A stretch of 64,000 bases of DNA from Candidatus Moraniibacteriota bacterium (GTDB lineage: Bacteria; Patescibacteriota; Minisyncoccia; Moranbacterales; UBA1568): positions 12,717-76,716 of the forward strand of contig JBATNG010000045.1 of NCBI GenBank assembly GCA_049290235.1, in the 5' to 3' direction. The translations under genes were made by a program, and so were the position numbers. The notes beneath the pieces were generated by a model, which made no database searches, was not told the DNA's origin, and worked only from the letters and a program-made list of their open reading frames with translations. Below, one piece after another: positions 53,230-62,882 of this stretch; positions within the stretch are counted from its first letter, which is position 1, and every line of letters begins with the position of its first letter.

Positions 53230-54341
53230 AACTGGCTATTCAAGCGAGCGATCTCGACCATGCCCGGATCGATGGGACCCGGGTCTATGTCCGTGAATTA
53301 CTCAGGCGTTTTGGTACTTTTTCGCCAGAAACAGAGTATGACATCTACCATCGGGGGACCTTCAATCCTTTGCTTGCCCCACCAGATCTCCTCAATTACC
53401 ACGTCAAAACGCTCCCGTTTCCGTACGCCTGGATGCAGACGCGATTCGCGTGGGAGATGTTCCGGTCCCGACCCGATCGGTTGTTTCTGCCGATTCAGGC
53501 GGCTCCAGTGATCTTGCCTCGTGGCTTGACGGTGACAGCGACCATTCACGACCTCGCTTTCCGGCGTTTTCCCGAAACCTTCCCACCGAGCCATCTCCGC
53601 AAACTGAACTTCATGCTCGACACGGTTGTGAGGCAGGCAGATCGGCTGATCGCGGTCTCTGAGTCTACGAAACGTGACTTGCTCGAGTTCTTTCCAACGC
53701 TCGATGCTAGCAAAGTTCAGGTGATTCACCACGGCTTCGATCGCGAGTTTTTCGGTCAGCAGCTTTCAGCTGAGACACTTTCTGCCATCCTCACAACCTA
53801 CCAGCTACAACCTACCAGCTATCTCCTGTATGTCGGAGCCCTGCAGCCACGCAAGAACCTCGTTCGCCTCATCCAGGCTTTTGAGCAGGCGAAAAAAACC
53901 TGCCCGGAGATGCAACTTGTGCTCGCTGGTGAACCGGCCTGGCTTTCCGAAAGTATTCTTGCGGCGAGAGCAGCGAGCCCTTTCAAAGACGATATCATCT
54001 TGACGGGACGTGTTTCGTTTGAGAATCTGCGCGCGCTCTACCAGGGTGCACGTCTCTTCGCTTTCCCGTCACTCTATGAGGGATTCGGTCTCCCGCTCCT
54101 TGAAGCTTTCGCGTCTGGCGTGCCGGTATTGACTGCCGATAATTCCAGCCTGCGCGAAGTAGCGGGTGACGGTGCGCTCTATGTCGATGCTAGGAATGAG
54201 GCTGATATCGCCGAAAAACTCAGCCAGTTGTGGAGTGATGTAGAGCTCCGTGATGCGCTCCGGGTGAAAGCGAATGCTGAACTTGCTCGATTTTCTTGGG
54301 ATCGGACCGCATGTGCGACACTTGATGTGATTCTCCGTTAG
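53226..54341 (+). CDS. GT4-family glycosyltransferase
   Basis: LLYVGALQPRKNLVRLIQAF...LVLAGEP...LFAFPSLYEGFGLPLLEAFASGVPVLTADNSSLREVAGD is the GT4/Glycos_transf_1 E-x7-E region. Confidence 0.8.
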   Translation: MKLAIQASDLDHARIDGTRVYVRELLRRFGTFSPETEYDIYHRGTFNPLLAPPDLLNYHVKTLPFPYAWMQTRFAWEMFRSRPDRLFLPIQAAPVILPRGLTVTATIHDLAFRRFPETFPPSHLRKLNFMLDTVVRQADRLIAVSESTKRDLLEFFPTLDASKVQVIHHGFDREFFGQQLSAETLSAILTTYQLQPTSYLLYVGALQPRKNLVRLIQAFEQAKKTCPEMQLVLAGEPAWLSESILAARAASPFKDDIILTGRVSFENLRALYQGARLFAFPSLYEGFGLPLLEAFASGVPVLTADNSSLREVAGDGALYVDARNEADIAEKLSQLWSDVELRDALRVKANAELARFSWDRTACATLDVILR

Positions 54342-54526
54342 AGCCTGTTCAAGATCTCATGTCTCGAGAAAATATTCAGATTACGAGATGAAAACCTTGA
54401 GAAGTGAGGAGGACTATCGAGATAATCCGACGAGCTTTGAGAGGTTTTCAGCCGAAAGCTGGTTATTTTATGAGACAAGCGGTCGGTTTCTGCTTTTTTT
54501 CCGCGTTGAGATATTGAACAGGCTCT
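54339..54526. repeat. MITE-like element with 19-bp terminal inverted repeats exactly filling a convergent intergenic gap
   Basis: Left end TAGAGCCTGTTCAAGATCTC (54339-54358). Right end GAGATATTGAACAGGCTCT (54508-54526), the reverse complement with one mismatch. The ends overlap the stop codons of both flanking genes. The left internal 35 nt plus the IR recur inverted at 16552-16606. A T7 run sits at 54494-54500. Confidence 0.55.
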
Positions 54527-54942
54527 TAGTGGTCAGCCGGGGAGGATTTGAAGAATAGCCACACTGCGAGTCCGTAGCCGGCGACGATAATCGGGATACT
54601 CCACCAGGGGAACCGGTAGTGAGCCAATGTGATGACACTCAGTCCGACGAGCCCTGCACCGACAAGCAATATGCGAGGATATGGCTGTTCGGTTTGTTCG
54701 TGCGATGGCTCGAGGAAGCGGCTGAGCCAGACCAAGAGACTGGTACCGAGGAGGAGCAAGAGCGCACATTTGACGAGTGACAAACGGGCGGTGACGAAGG
54801 TGGGGAGGACAACTTCAATCGCGTACAGTCCGGCAAAGGCGATCCAGCCGACGAAGACGGCATCGAAGAGGAGATTGGCGGCGATGGCGAGATGACCATC
54901 AGTCGCGTAGGTCTCGAGAGATTTTTTGAATGAGAGAGTCAT
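54526..54942 (-). CDS. hypothetical membrane protein
   Basis: 138 aa with 4 TM helices. No family recognised. Confidence 0.5.
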   Translation of the reverse strand: MTLSFKKSLETYATDGHLAIAANLLFDAVFVGWIAFAGLYAIEVVLPTFVTARLSLVKCALLLLLGTSLLVWLSRFLEPSHEQTEQPYPRILLVGAGLVGLSVITLAHYRFPWWSIPIIVAGYGLAVWLFFKSSPADH

Positions 54943-54947
54943 AGGGA

Positions 54948-56102
54948 TTAGGGTGTGACGAATCCAAAACGCGCGAGGATACGCTGTTTTATTTTAGAGA
55001 GGAGGGTGGTGAAGTTGTCAGCATTGAGGCGGGTTTCAAAACTGAGAGTCAGGGTTGCGATATCGATATCGGTGTCGTGGTCCGAAAGGGTGATGGTATA
55101 GTCCGATCCAACGACTCCATCAAGGCTGTCGAGCGAGGCAGTGCAGTCGAGCGCACGCGGGAGGAGACCAGCAGTCGCGTCGCAGCGGGCGGTCAATCGA
55201 CTGCCGGATTCACTGACGAGGATCGGGTGAGTCCGTGCCGTGAGGAAATCATGGTAGGGGCCAGGACTGACAGGTAGACGATGACCTCCTTCGATGAGGG
55301 AGAGAGTCTTGGAGTCTTGATCTTCGAAGAGTGTACCATCGGGATGAACAGCACCCATGAGGAAGATGCGGCCGCGTTTGTAAATTCCCAAATCTTCTTC
55401 GTTTACCGGGAGCACGTCTTCGAAATGGTAACCCAACGCGAGGAAAATCTCAGCGCTGCCGATCGGACGGATTTCTGTCTCGCTCGTGACGATATAGACA
55501 CCATCGGCGAACGAGAGGAGCGACCCAAGTCGGAACCCGAGAAAGTCCGAAGCGATAGTGAAGCCGTCTCGCCAAGCAATTGATTCTTCGCGGGCGGCAG
55601 CAGCAGGATAGCGGGAGAGGAAAGCCGCGTCGCTGATATAGGGATGCAGCTGGCCGTCTCTCAGCGCGTAGTATGTCCCAGCGATACGGTAGAGTTCTGC
55701 GGCGGGGAAATCCGTGAGGGTCGCTCCGACAGGGAAGAGGTAGGCACGATAGCCTTTCTGGATGGTTGCTTCGATGTGGTTGGGTGTCTCGGATTGTTTC
55801 TCGAGATCGACGCTGAGTGCGAGATGCGAGAAATCACCGAGCGGGCTGGTGTTGGCGACGAGTTGACCGCCGGTTTCGAGCTTGCCATTCGTTCGTGGTG
55901 TACCGGTTTCGGCGCGCGGGTCGAAGATCTGATTGCGGCTGGATTTCGGATTCCGGAAGTCAAAGCTGGTTGTCATCGTCGGAAATAGGAAGGTATAGGC
56001 GAGTGCGATACCGGCGAGCGCGAAACCGACCGCGAGTGTGATGCGGAGTTTGATGTAGAGCGGCCGGAGGGGTTCGGGAATGGGGGCGAAGGGCGGTTGC
56101 AT
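54948..56102 (-). CDS. hypothetical membrane-anchored protein
   Basis: 384 aa. N-terminal TM helix (LRITLAVGFALAGIALAYTFLF), then a large soluble domain with no recognised family. Co-oriented with the GT-C-like gene. Confidence 0.5.
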   Translation of the reverse strand: MQPPFAPIPEPLRPLYIKLRITLAVGFALAGIALAYTFLFPTMTTSFDFRNPKSSRNQIFDPRAETGTPRTNGKLETGGQLVANTSPLGDFSHLALSVDLEKQSETPNHIEATIQKGYRAYLFPVGATLTDFPAAELYRIAGTYYALRDGQLHPYISDAAFLSRYPAAAAREESIAWRDGFTIASDFLGFRLGSLLSFADGVYIVTSETEIRPIGSAEIFLALGYHFEDVLPVNEEDLGIYKRGRIFLMGAVHPDGTLFEDQDSKTLSLIEGGHRLPVSPGPYHDFLTARTHPILVSESGSRLTARCDATAGLLPRALDCTASLDSLDGVVGSDYTITLSDHDTDIDIATLTLSFETRLNADNFTTLLSKIKQRILARFGFVTP

Positions 56103-56111
56103 AAAGGGGGA

Positions 56112-57851
56112 TCAGTCAGTTATCTCAAAGAGGATGGCGTCTCGCGTGACGGTCTGTCTGATGGGCCGGGCGAAAGGTCTCGGGGCGGTGAGTGTCGGCC
56201 AGACGAACGAGAGTACTTCGACGGGGAGTAGGCGGTCTCCGAAGGTGGCAGCGAATTGACCGACGGTGTCCTCGGTCGTCAACAGATAGACGCGGTCAAA
56301 GGCGTTCCGATCGAGTCGGGCATAATCTTCGGGATTGAAGAAATAGGCTGCGGATTTCCCATCGAGGCTCATGAGCGGTCCGGCGATCATCGCAAAGGGG
56401 TCACCGGAGGATTCACGATCGATGAGGATGAGATCACGGGCGGTGAATTGGTCACCGAAGTTTTCCGCCTGAGCGCGGAGGGTCTGGTACTCGATCACTG
56501 AGAGGGCCTGGTAGGCTGGCCAGCACTGGAGGACAAAGAGCAAGCCGAAGCCGATGAGGGCGATAGTGTGTTTCCGAGGAGTGTGGATTCTCTCGATCAT
56601 CGACTGCCACAATACAATGGTCGCGAGCAAGAAAAGTGGGAAGAGCGTAAAGACATAGCGGCGCAAGAGCCACGGGTGATCGTCGGAGATATGACCATCG
56701 AAGAGATAGACGAAGGTCGGGAGTGCGAGCAGCACCGGGATGAGAAGTGCGAAACGGCGTCGCATGATACCGAAGGCAAGCGATGCCAAGCCGAGAATGA
56801 AGACAGGAAACAGCCCGTAGGAAATGAGGATCGGTCCGAGTCGTGGCTCTCCGCTCCCTGTGCCGGCGATGCCGAGGGTGTGCCAATATTTTAGGGCCGC
56901 TTTGCCGATCATGGTGTAGAACGGCAGATTCATGAAAAGATCGCGGAGGAAGAGAAAGCCGAGGAAGAGGAGGACGGGGATGGCCCAGACCTTGGGGAGG
57001 GCGAAGAGGTGGGCGCGCAGTTTGGGATGCCAGAGGATAAACCCGAGCGCGAGCGGCGCGATGACGAAGCCCTCGATGCGCGTCAGGGCGAGGAGAAACC
57101 CGGTGATGAGAAGACAAGGGAGGACTCGTCGATCATCTTCGCGCGCGAGGCGGATGAGTGCGACCGTGAGCGTGAGAAAGAGGAGGAGCGCGAGATTTTC
57201 CGTCAGCGTCATCTGGGTGAGCCAGACCGTGAAGAAGGATGTCGAGAAGAGAGCTGTCCCAAAGAGCGCGGTGTGGCGGGTCACGAAGAGGGAGCCGAGA
57301 TCGAAGAATGTCCAACTGGAGAGAATGAAGAGCAGCGCGTTGGCGATAAGGAGACCGGTCGGGCCGAACCACTGCACAAAGAGCGCGAGGTATGAGATGT
57401 AGCCGAGTGGGAATTGAGTGATGAGTGCCCCGCTTTCGGTGTAGGAGAAGCCGGGGAAGTTGAGTGCGCGACCAGGACCATAGATGGCAAAGAAAGCGTC
57501 AGAGACAGGTGTCCGGAAGGCGAGCTCATGACCGTGCGCGAGTTCCCAGGCGGCGAGAGCGATTGATCCTTGATCGCGGCCGGTGAAGACAGTTGGCTCG
57601 GTTCGAAGGGCGATGAGTAGGGCGAAGAGCACCAGCGCACCGATGAGACCGAGTCGTGCCCAGTCACATTCCTGATACAGCACGAATAATGCCAGACCAA
57701 AACCGCCCAAGAGCAGTCCACCAGCCACCCAGGTCAGTGCCGGATAGAACCAGCCGAACAGCGCGAGCGCGAGCGCGAGGATGAGGGCGAGGACGAAACC
57801 AGAGAGGGCGATGAGCCAAGGCGAGCGGGTCCAGAGACGGGATGGATTCAT
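56112..57851 (-). CDS. large polytopic membrane protein, putative GT-C-fold glycosyltransferase (ArnT/PMT-like)
   Basis: 579 aa with about 12 TM helices in the N-terminal two-thirds and a soluble C-terminal domain. The topology suggests dolichyl/undecaprenyl-phosphate-sugar-dependent transferases. Assignment by architecture only. Confidence 0.4.
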   Translation of the reverse strand: MNPSRLWTRSPWLIALSGFVLALILALALALFGWFYPALTWVAGGLLLGGFGLALFVLYQECDWARLGLIGALVLFALLIALRTEPTVFTGRDQGSIALAAWELAHGHELAFRTPVSDAFFAIYGPGRALNFPGFSYTESGALITQFPLGYISYLALFVQWFGPTGLLIANALLFILSSWTFFDLGSLFVTRHTALFGTALFSTSFFTVWLTQMTLTENLALLLFLTLTVALIRLAREDDRRVLPCLLITGFLLALTRIEGFVIAPLALGFILWHPKLRAHLFALPKVWAIPVLLFLGFLFLRDLFMNLPFYTMIGKAALKYWHTLGIAGTGSGEPRLGPILISYGLFPVFILGLASLAFGIMRRRFALLIPVLLALPTFVYLFDGHISDDHPWLLRRYVFTLFPLFLLATIVLWQSMIERIHTPRKHTIALIGFGLLFVLQCWPAYQALSVIEYQTLRAQAENFGDQFTARDLILIDRESSGDPFAMIAGPLMSLDGKSAAYFFNPEDYARLDRNAFDRVYLLTTEDTVGQFAATFGDRLLPVEVLSFVWPTLTAPRPFARPIRQTVTRDAILFEITD

Positions 57852-57957
57852 AGTGGCTCTATTATACGCAAAAACGGGTCGCGCTTCAATTTACGAAAGG
57901 ATGTCGAAACGGTACAATAGGAGCAGCCTCTACAGCTCAACACACAAAGCGTCTAGC

Positions 57958-60411
57958 ATGAACTTCTTTCTCTGGTACTATACCATCGGCATTCTCTCGA
58001 TTTCGCGGATCGCGGGCAATTATATCCGATACGTCTTGCACCGCTTCAATATCGTCGGTTTGTTTCGTACACTCATCTCGCCCTGGAAACGTGACATCAG
58101 TTTCCATACCTGGCGAGGATTGCACCCGATCCTCTTCGCACAGGCACTGGTGAACAATATCATCACTCGACTTCTCGGGGCCATCGTCCGCTCCGTCGTC
58201 CTCATGTCTGGTTTCGGAGCGATCGCCCTCATGGCGGTACTGGTCATCTTGTTGTCGCTCTTCGCCGCGGTCGCCCCGCTCGTCCTCATCGGCGGAAGTG
58301 TCATCATCGGGGCGGTCTTTGGGACCATCGCCGGCATGGCTGCTTTCGTCATGGCTATCATTTTGACGATCGTCGCAGTCTTGACTTGGCATGAGTACGA
58401 GCGCGGCCGTATCGACTACGCCCTCTTGCCCGAGCATGCACCGTGGCGTGACCGGGCTCTGATGCGCCTCGGGCTGTCGCCGAAATCTGTCACTGCTGAA
58501 ACGATCGGCGTTCCCGAAAAACGGGCTGCTTTCCTGACGGAGAAGCGAATCGCACCCGAGCACTTCGACCGCGCCTGGGCCATCGAAGGTGCAGTCTACG
58601 CCGCGAAGGACCGGCTCAGCCGGTTTTGGGAGTGGGAACAGCTTCGTCGGGACCCGAGAATCGGGAAGTATTGGGCTTATGCCTACACGCCGCGTCTCGA
58701 TCACTACATCATGGATCTCTCAGAACATGATTTCAGTAATTATGCGCGGCAGGAATTGATCGGGCGCGAATCAGTGATGGAGATGCTCACGCTCACCTTG
58801 TCGCGGCCAAATGACAATAGCGCGCTCCTCATCGGGGACCCCGGTATCGGCAAACGCTCGATCGTCCATGCCTTCGCCCGCTGCATCCGCGAAAACCGTT
58901 TCACTGATACGGTCATCGATGAGGCCCGCGTCGCCATCTTTGACCTGGGCCAAGTCATCTCGGACGCTCGATCGCAGGGGATCGATCCCAAAGGGCTCCT
59001 GCGTGACCTCTTGAATGGCACGGTCTATGCCGGTAATGTTGTCTTGGTTATCGAAAACATCAATCTGTTCCTCGATCCCGAAAGCGATATGGCGGTCGGG
59101 GATGTACTGAATGATTATCTGTCACTGCCAACGTGTCGCATCATCGGACTCATGACCGGAGAGGCTTATCACACGCTCGGTCAGCGACAGATTCCCGCGC
59201 TCAAGTACTTTGAGGCCATTCAAGTGCCCGAGCCGACGAAAGACGAAGTCATCGCTATCCTCGTTGATACATTCAAACCGCTCGAGCGGAATCGCCCGGT
59301 CTTCACGATTCAGGCCCTGCACGCGATCATCGACGGCGCTGAGCGCTACAATTGGGAGATGCCATTTCCGGAGCGAGCCGTCGATCTCGCACAGGAAGTC
59401 CTCATTTATTGGGAGAAGCACCCCGATCTCGCCTTCATCGAACGGACGGTCGTCGAGGATTTCCTCGAAGCGAAGTCCGGGATACCGATGGGCGAAGCGA
59501 ACGAAGAGGAACGGCAGAAACTGCTCCATCTCGAAGCACTCCTCCATGAACGCGTCATCGGTCAAGCGGAGGCAATTAAACAAATGTCCGAGGCCTTTCG
59601 CAAGGCGCGCACAGGACTGGGGAATGACAAGAAACCGATCGGCTCTTTTCTCTTCCTCGGTCCCACCGGTGTGGGCAAGACGGAGACGGCCAAAGCCCTC
59701 GCGGCGGTCTATTTCGGTGACGAAGACCGGATGGTGCGGCTTGATATGAGTGAATTCCAGACGCCGCAGTCGATCGACGAGCTCATCGGCTCGGCTGAGA
59801 TGAATGTCCAGGGACGCATGACGTCCCTCATCAAAGAACGACCGTACTCCATATTGCTCCTCGACGAACTTGAAAAGGCGTATCCGCGGGCACTTGATCT
59901 TTTCTTGCAGATTCTCGATGAAGGCTATGTGACCGATGGCTTCGGCCACAAGGTGAACTTCCGGAACACGATCGTCATCGCGACGTCCAATGCCGGCGCC
60001 GATCTCATCCATGTCGCGACGAATGCTGGCCGCTCGATGGTCGATATCAAAGACGAGCTGATGGATGCGATTATTGCCAAAGGCACTTTCCGTCCGGAAT
60101 TCCTCAATCGTTTCGATGGTGTCATCTTGTTCAATTCCCTGACGTCCGAGGAAATGGAACAAGTTACGGCCTTGAAACTGCAGGCCTTTGCCGACAAGCT
60201 GTACAAGGAGAAGAAAGTGAAACTTACCTTTACGCCCGAAGCGGTGCGCACGGTCGTGGCAAAGGGCTATGAACGCGAATATGGCGCCCGCTCTATCAAT
60301 CGATATATCGCCGACGTCGTGGAAGACACCATCGTGAAACGTCTCCTCGAAGGCACGCTCGCGGAAGGGACCGAAGTGACATTTACTGAGCACGATCTGG
60401 GAGAAGAGTAG
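57958..60411 (+). CDS. membrane-anchored Hsp100/Clp-like AAA+ ATPase with degenerate first nucleotide-binding domain
   Basis: Start at ATG 57958 (MNFFLWYYTIGILS), downstream of a TACAAT -10 at 57914. About 230 aa of N-terminal domain with 3-4 TM helices. D1 is ClpB-like but has GDPGIGKRS (GKT becomes GKR) and VLVIENIN (Walker B DE becomes EN). D2 is canonical: FLGPTGVGKTETAKALA, ILLLDELEKAYPRALDLFLQILDEGYVTD, sensor IVIATSNAG. No obvious ClpP-docking loop. Confidence 0.7.
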   Translation: MNFFLWYYTIGILSISRIAGNYIRYVLHRFNIVGLFRTLISPWKRDISFHTWRGLHPILFAQALVNNIITRLLGAIVRSVVLMSGFGAIALMAVLVILLSLFAAVAPLVLIGGSVIIGAVFGTIAGMAAFVMAIILTIVAVLTWHEYERGRIDYALLPEHAPWRDRALMRLGLSPKSVTAETIGVPEKRAAFLTEKRIAPEHFDRAWAIEGAVYAAKDRLSRFWEWEQLRRDPRIGKYWAYAYTPRLDHYIMDLSEHDFSNYARQELIGRESVMEMLTLTLSRPNDNSALLIGDPGIGKRSIVHAFARCIRENRFTDTVIDEARVAIFDLGQVISDARSQGIDPKGLLRDLLNGTVYAGNVVLVIENINLFLDPESDMAVGDVLNDYLSLPTCRIIGLMTGEAYHTLGQRQIPALKYFEAIQVPEPTKDEVIAILVDTFKPLERNRPVFTIQALHAIIDGAERYNWEMPFPERAVDLAQEVLIYWEKHPDLAFIERTVVEDFLEAKSGIPMGEANEEERQKLLHLEALLHERVIGQAEAIKQMSEAFRKARTGLGNDKKPIGSFLFLGPTGVGKTETAKALAAVYFGDEDRMVRLDMSEFQTPQSIDELIGSAEMNVQGRMTSLIKERPYSILLLDELEKAYPRALDLFLQILDEGYVTDGFGHKVNFRNTIVIATSNAGADLIHVATNAGRSMVDIKDELMDAIIAKGTFRPEFLNRFDGVILFNSLTSEEMEQVTALKLQAFADKLYKEKKVKLTFTPEAVRTVVAKGYEREYGARSINRYIADVVEDTIVKRLLEGTLAEGTEVTFTEHDLGEE

Positions 60412-60466
60412 GCACGAAATCTCTTCTTTTCCCTCAGCAATATCCCTAGAGTATACTAAAGGGGCT

Positions 60467-61684
60467 ATGACTGAAACGCTTGGGGGGAAAAAGCTGAAAG
60501 TGCTCATGATCGCGCCGACTCCGTTCTTTTCGGATCGGGGGACGCATATTCGCATTTTGGAGGAAGCGCTGGCTTTGACTCGGCGTGGCTATGTGGTCAC
60601 GATCGCGACGTACCATATCGGTCAGGATTTGCACGAGCCACTCGCGGCCCAGGTGGAAGTCCGCCGGATCCGCCGACTGCTGTTTTGGTACAAGAAGCTT
60701 GAAGCGGGGCCGGACTGGCAGAAGCTCATCCTCGACCTCATGCTCATCCGGAAAGTGTTCTTCCTCGCGCGGACGACACGGCCCGATATCCTTCATGGGC
60801 ACCTGCATGAGGGCGTGCTCATCGGTTGGATCGTGCAGCGTGCACTGTTTTGGCGCAAGATGTTGCTCGTCGGGGATTTCCACGGCAGTCTGACCAAAGA
60901 AATGGTTTCGCATGCTTACCTGCAGACGGGTTTGCTTCGTCGGCTCTTCGAGTGGGTAGAGCAAGTTGTCGATAATCTGGGCGATATGGCGGTGACGAGC
61001 TCATGGCGGAATACCCGCGAAATCGCAGTCATCCGCAAGAAGAATGCACCGATCACCGTGCCCGACGGGGTCGGCACTGATCAGACAGATACCCTGGACT
61101 TCCCGCGAGCCGCGCTTCGCCGCAAGTATGGCATCGCTGAGGAAGCACTCGTGGTCACATATACCGGTGCTCTGGTCGCCAACAAAGGTGTCCGCCACTT
61201 CGTGATCGCGATCCCGCTGATTCTCGCTGGTGACCCGCGGGCACATGTCGTAGTGGCAGGTTTCCCTTGGAATGAAGTCGCGCCGTATTTCGAGGGAAAA
61301 AGTTGGATGGACCGGGTGACGTCGATTACGCCCTTGCCGTATTTTTCGCTGCGGGAAATCCTCGCGATGAGCGATGTCGGGATCGATCCCAAAGAAGAGG
61401 GTGTCGGCCAGGCGAGCGGAAAAATGCTGCAGTATATGGGGGCGGGACTACCGGTCGTGTGTTTTGATACCGAGAACAACCGTGAATACCTCTCGGATGG
61501 TGGCGAGTACGCACATCAAATCTCTGGTGCCGGACTCTCTGAAGCCGTGTTGCGACTGCTCCGTGATCCCGAACTTCGCAAGAGGAAAGGTGCCGCCAAC
61601 CGAGTCCGGGCACGCGAAAAATTCTCCTGGGACCGGACCGGAGAAATCTTGGATGAGGTGTATCAGAAAGCGCTCTCGATATGA
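60467..61684 (+). CDS. GT4-family glycosyltransferase
   Basis: AAAGGGG 4 nt before the ATG. KVLMIAPTPFFSDRGTHIRILEEALAL, later VTYTGALVANKGVRHFV...GFPW and GIDPKEEGVGQASGKMLQYMGAGLPVVC. Confidence 0.75.
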   Translation: MTETLGGKKLKVLMIAPTPFFSDRGTHIRILEEALALTRRGYVVTIATYHIGQDLHEPLAAQVEVRRIRRLLFWYKKLEAGPDWQKLILDLMLIRKVFFLARTTRPDILHGHLHEGVLIGWIVQRALFWRKMLLVGDFHGSLTKEMVSHAYLQTGLLRRLFEWVEQVVDNLGDMAVTSSWRNTREIAVIRKKNAPITVPDGVGTDQTDTLDFPRAALRRKYGIAEEALVVTYTGALVANKGVRHFVIAIPLILAGDPRAHVVVAGFPWNEVAPYFEGKSWMDRVTSITPLPYFSLREILAMSDVGIDPKEEGVGQASGKMLQYMGAGLPVVCFDTENNREYLSDGGEYAHQISGAGLSEAVLRLLRDPELRKRKGAANRVRAREKFSWDRTGEILDEVYQKALSI

Positions 61685-62880
61685 AAACCTGGCTCATCAA
61701 AATCGGGAAGGCCTGGAGTGTGATCCGGCGCGACGGATTAGTTCGGGGTGGGCGGCGGGTGCTGGAGGCATTCACGGCGCTCTTTGCTCATGTCGAGCCA
61801 GGCGATATCCTGTTCATCTCGGGCGGAGTGGGGGACAGTGCGCGCTATCGGACGCAGCATGTTGCCGAAGAACTTCGGCTACATGGTTTCCGGGCATCGG
61901 TCACCGTGCAGGATAACCCACGGCTCGTGTCGTACGCGGACCAGTTCCAGGTATTCGTCCTGCACCGCGTCCTCATGACTGTGGCAATCGCCCGGCTCAT
62001 AGCTCGGCTGAAAGAAGTTGGGAAGACAATTATTTTCGAGACCGATGATCTCGTGTACGATCCGGAGTTTCTCGTGCATATGGATTACTGGCATCAGATG
62101 AATGTGCTCGAGCGCAAGCTCTACGAGCACGGTGTCGGCGGCGAGATCCTGGCTGATCCATATGTGACGACAGCGACGACGACAACCGGCTTCCTCGCTG
62201 ACAAACTTCGAGAGAAAGGGAAGTCGGTCTATCTCGTGCCGAACCGACTGTCGCAGCAAGATGTGTTGTGGGCGGATGAAGCTTTGAAGAAGAATCACGA
62301 ATCACGAATCACGAATCACGAAGGAGAAAAAATTGTTCGTATGGGTTATCTCTCCGGCACGCCGAGTCACAACAAAGACTTTGCGACTATCACGCCCGCT
62401 CTCATCACGCTGTTTGAGAAGTATCCCGAGATGCGATTGGTGCTCGCAGGGCCGCTGGATACCGAAGACCGGCTCCAAGTGTATGCTGAGCGGATCGAGT
62501 GTCTGCCGTTTGTGCCACGGGCCAGACTCTTTGCCAACATTGCAACACTTGACATTAATCTCGCACCGCTTGAAATCGACAATCCGTTCTGTGAATCGAA
62601 ATCCGAATTGAAATTCTTTGAAGCAGGGATCGTCTCGGTGCCGACCGTGGCGGCTGCGACACGCACCTATTGTGAAGCGATCACCGACGGAACCGATGGC
62701 TTCGTCGCGGCGAACACAGATGAATGGGTAGCAAAGATCGGTCGACTCATCGCCGAGCCTGAGCTCCGCGCTCGGATCGGCCACGCCGCGCGCGAGACGG
62801 CCCTCGCACAGTATACCAACGCGAATGCCAAGAACGAGGCGTACTATGAGTTTCTGCGTTCCGTTATGAAACACGACTGA
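61681..62880 (+). CDS. glycosyltransferase (GT4-like C-terminal domain) containing an in-frame heptanucleotide repeat
   Basis: The C-terminal half (MGYLSGTPSHNKDF...RLVLAGP...FFEAGIVSVPTVAAATRTYCEAITDGTDGFVA) resembles the GT-B donor-binding domain. The AATCACG x4 repeat at 62293-62320 encodes NHESRITNHE. Confidence 0.65.
   Translation: MKTWLIKIGKAWSVIRRDGLVRGGRRVLEAFTALFAHVEPGDILFISGGVGDSARYRTQHVAEELRLHGFRASVTVQDNPRLVSYADQFQVFVLHRVLMTVAIARLIARLKEVGKTIIFETDDLVYDPEFLVHMDYWHQMNVLERKLYEHGVGGEILADPYVTTATTTTGFLADKLREKGKSVYLVPNRLSQQDVLWADEALKKNHESRITNHEGEKIVRMGYLSGTPSHNKDFATITPALITLFEKYPEMRLVLAGPLDTEDRLQVYAERIECLPFVPRARLFANIATLDINLAPLEIDNPFCESKSELKFFEAGIVSVPTVAAATRTYCEAITDGTDGFVAANTDEWVAKIGRLIAEPELRARIGHAARETALAQYTNANAKNEAYYEFLRSVMKHD
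62293..62320 (+). repeat. tandem heptanucleotide repeat (AATCACG)x4 inside the glycosyltransferase CDS
   Basis: Four perfect head-to-tail copies, 28 nt. The unit length is not a multiple of 3. Confidence 0.9.
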
Positions 62881-62882
62881 AT

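Noticed and set aside
54388-54558. 56-aa ORF inside the MITE-like element
   Set aside because: It has no RBS, AT-rich atypical codon usage, and runs across the inverted repeat into the convergent gene. It is more likely a non-coding element.
59122-60555. 477-aa minus-strand ORF
   Set aside because: It is antisense to the Clp-like ATPase D2 domain, which has canonical Walker A/B and sensor motifs. It has no motifs of its own.
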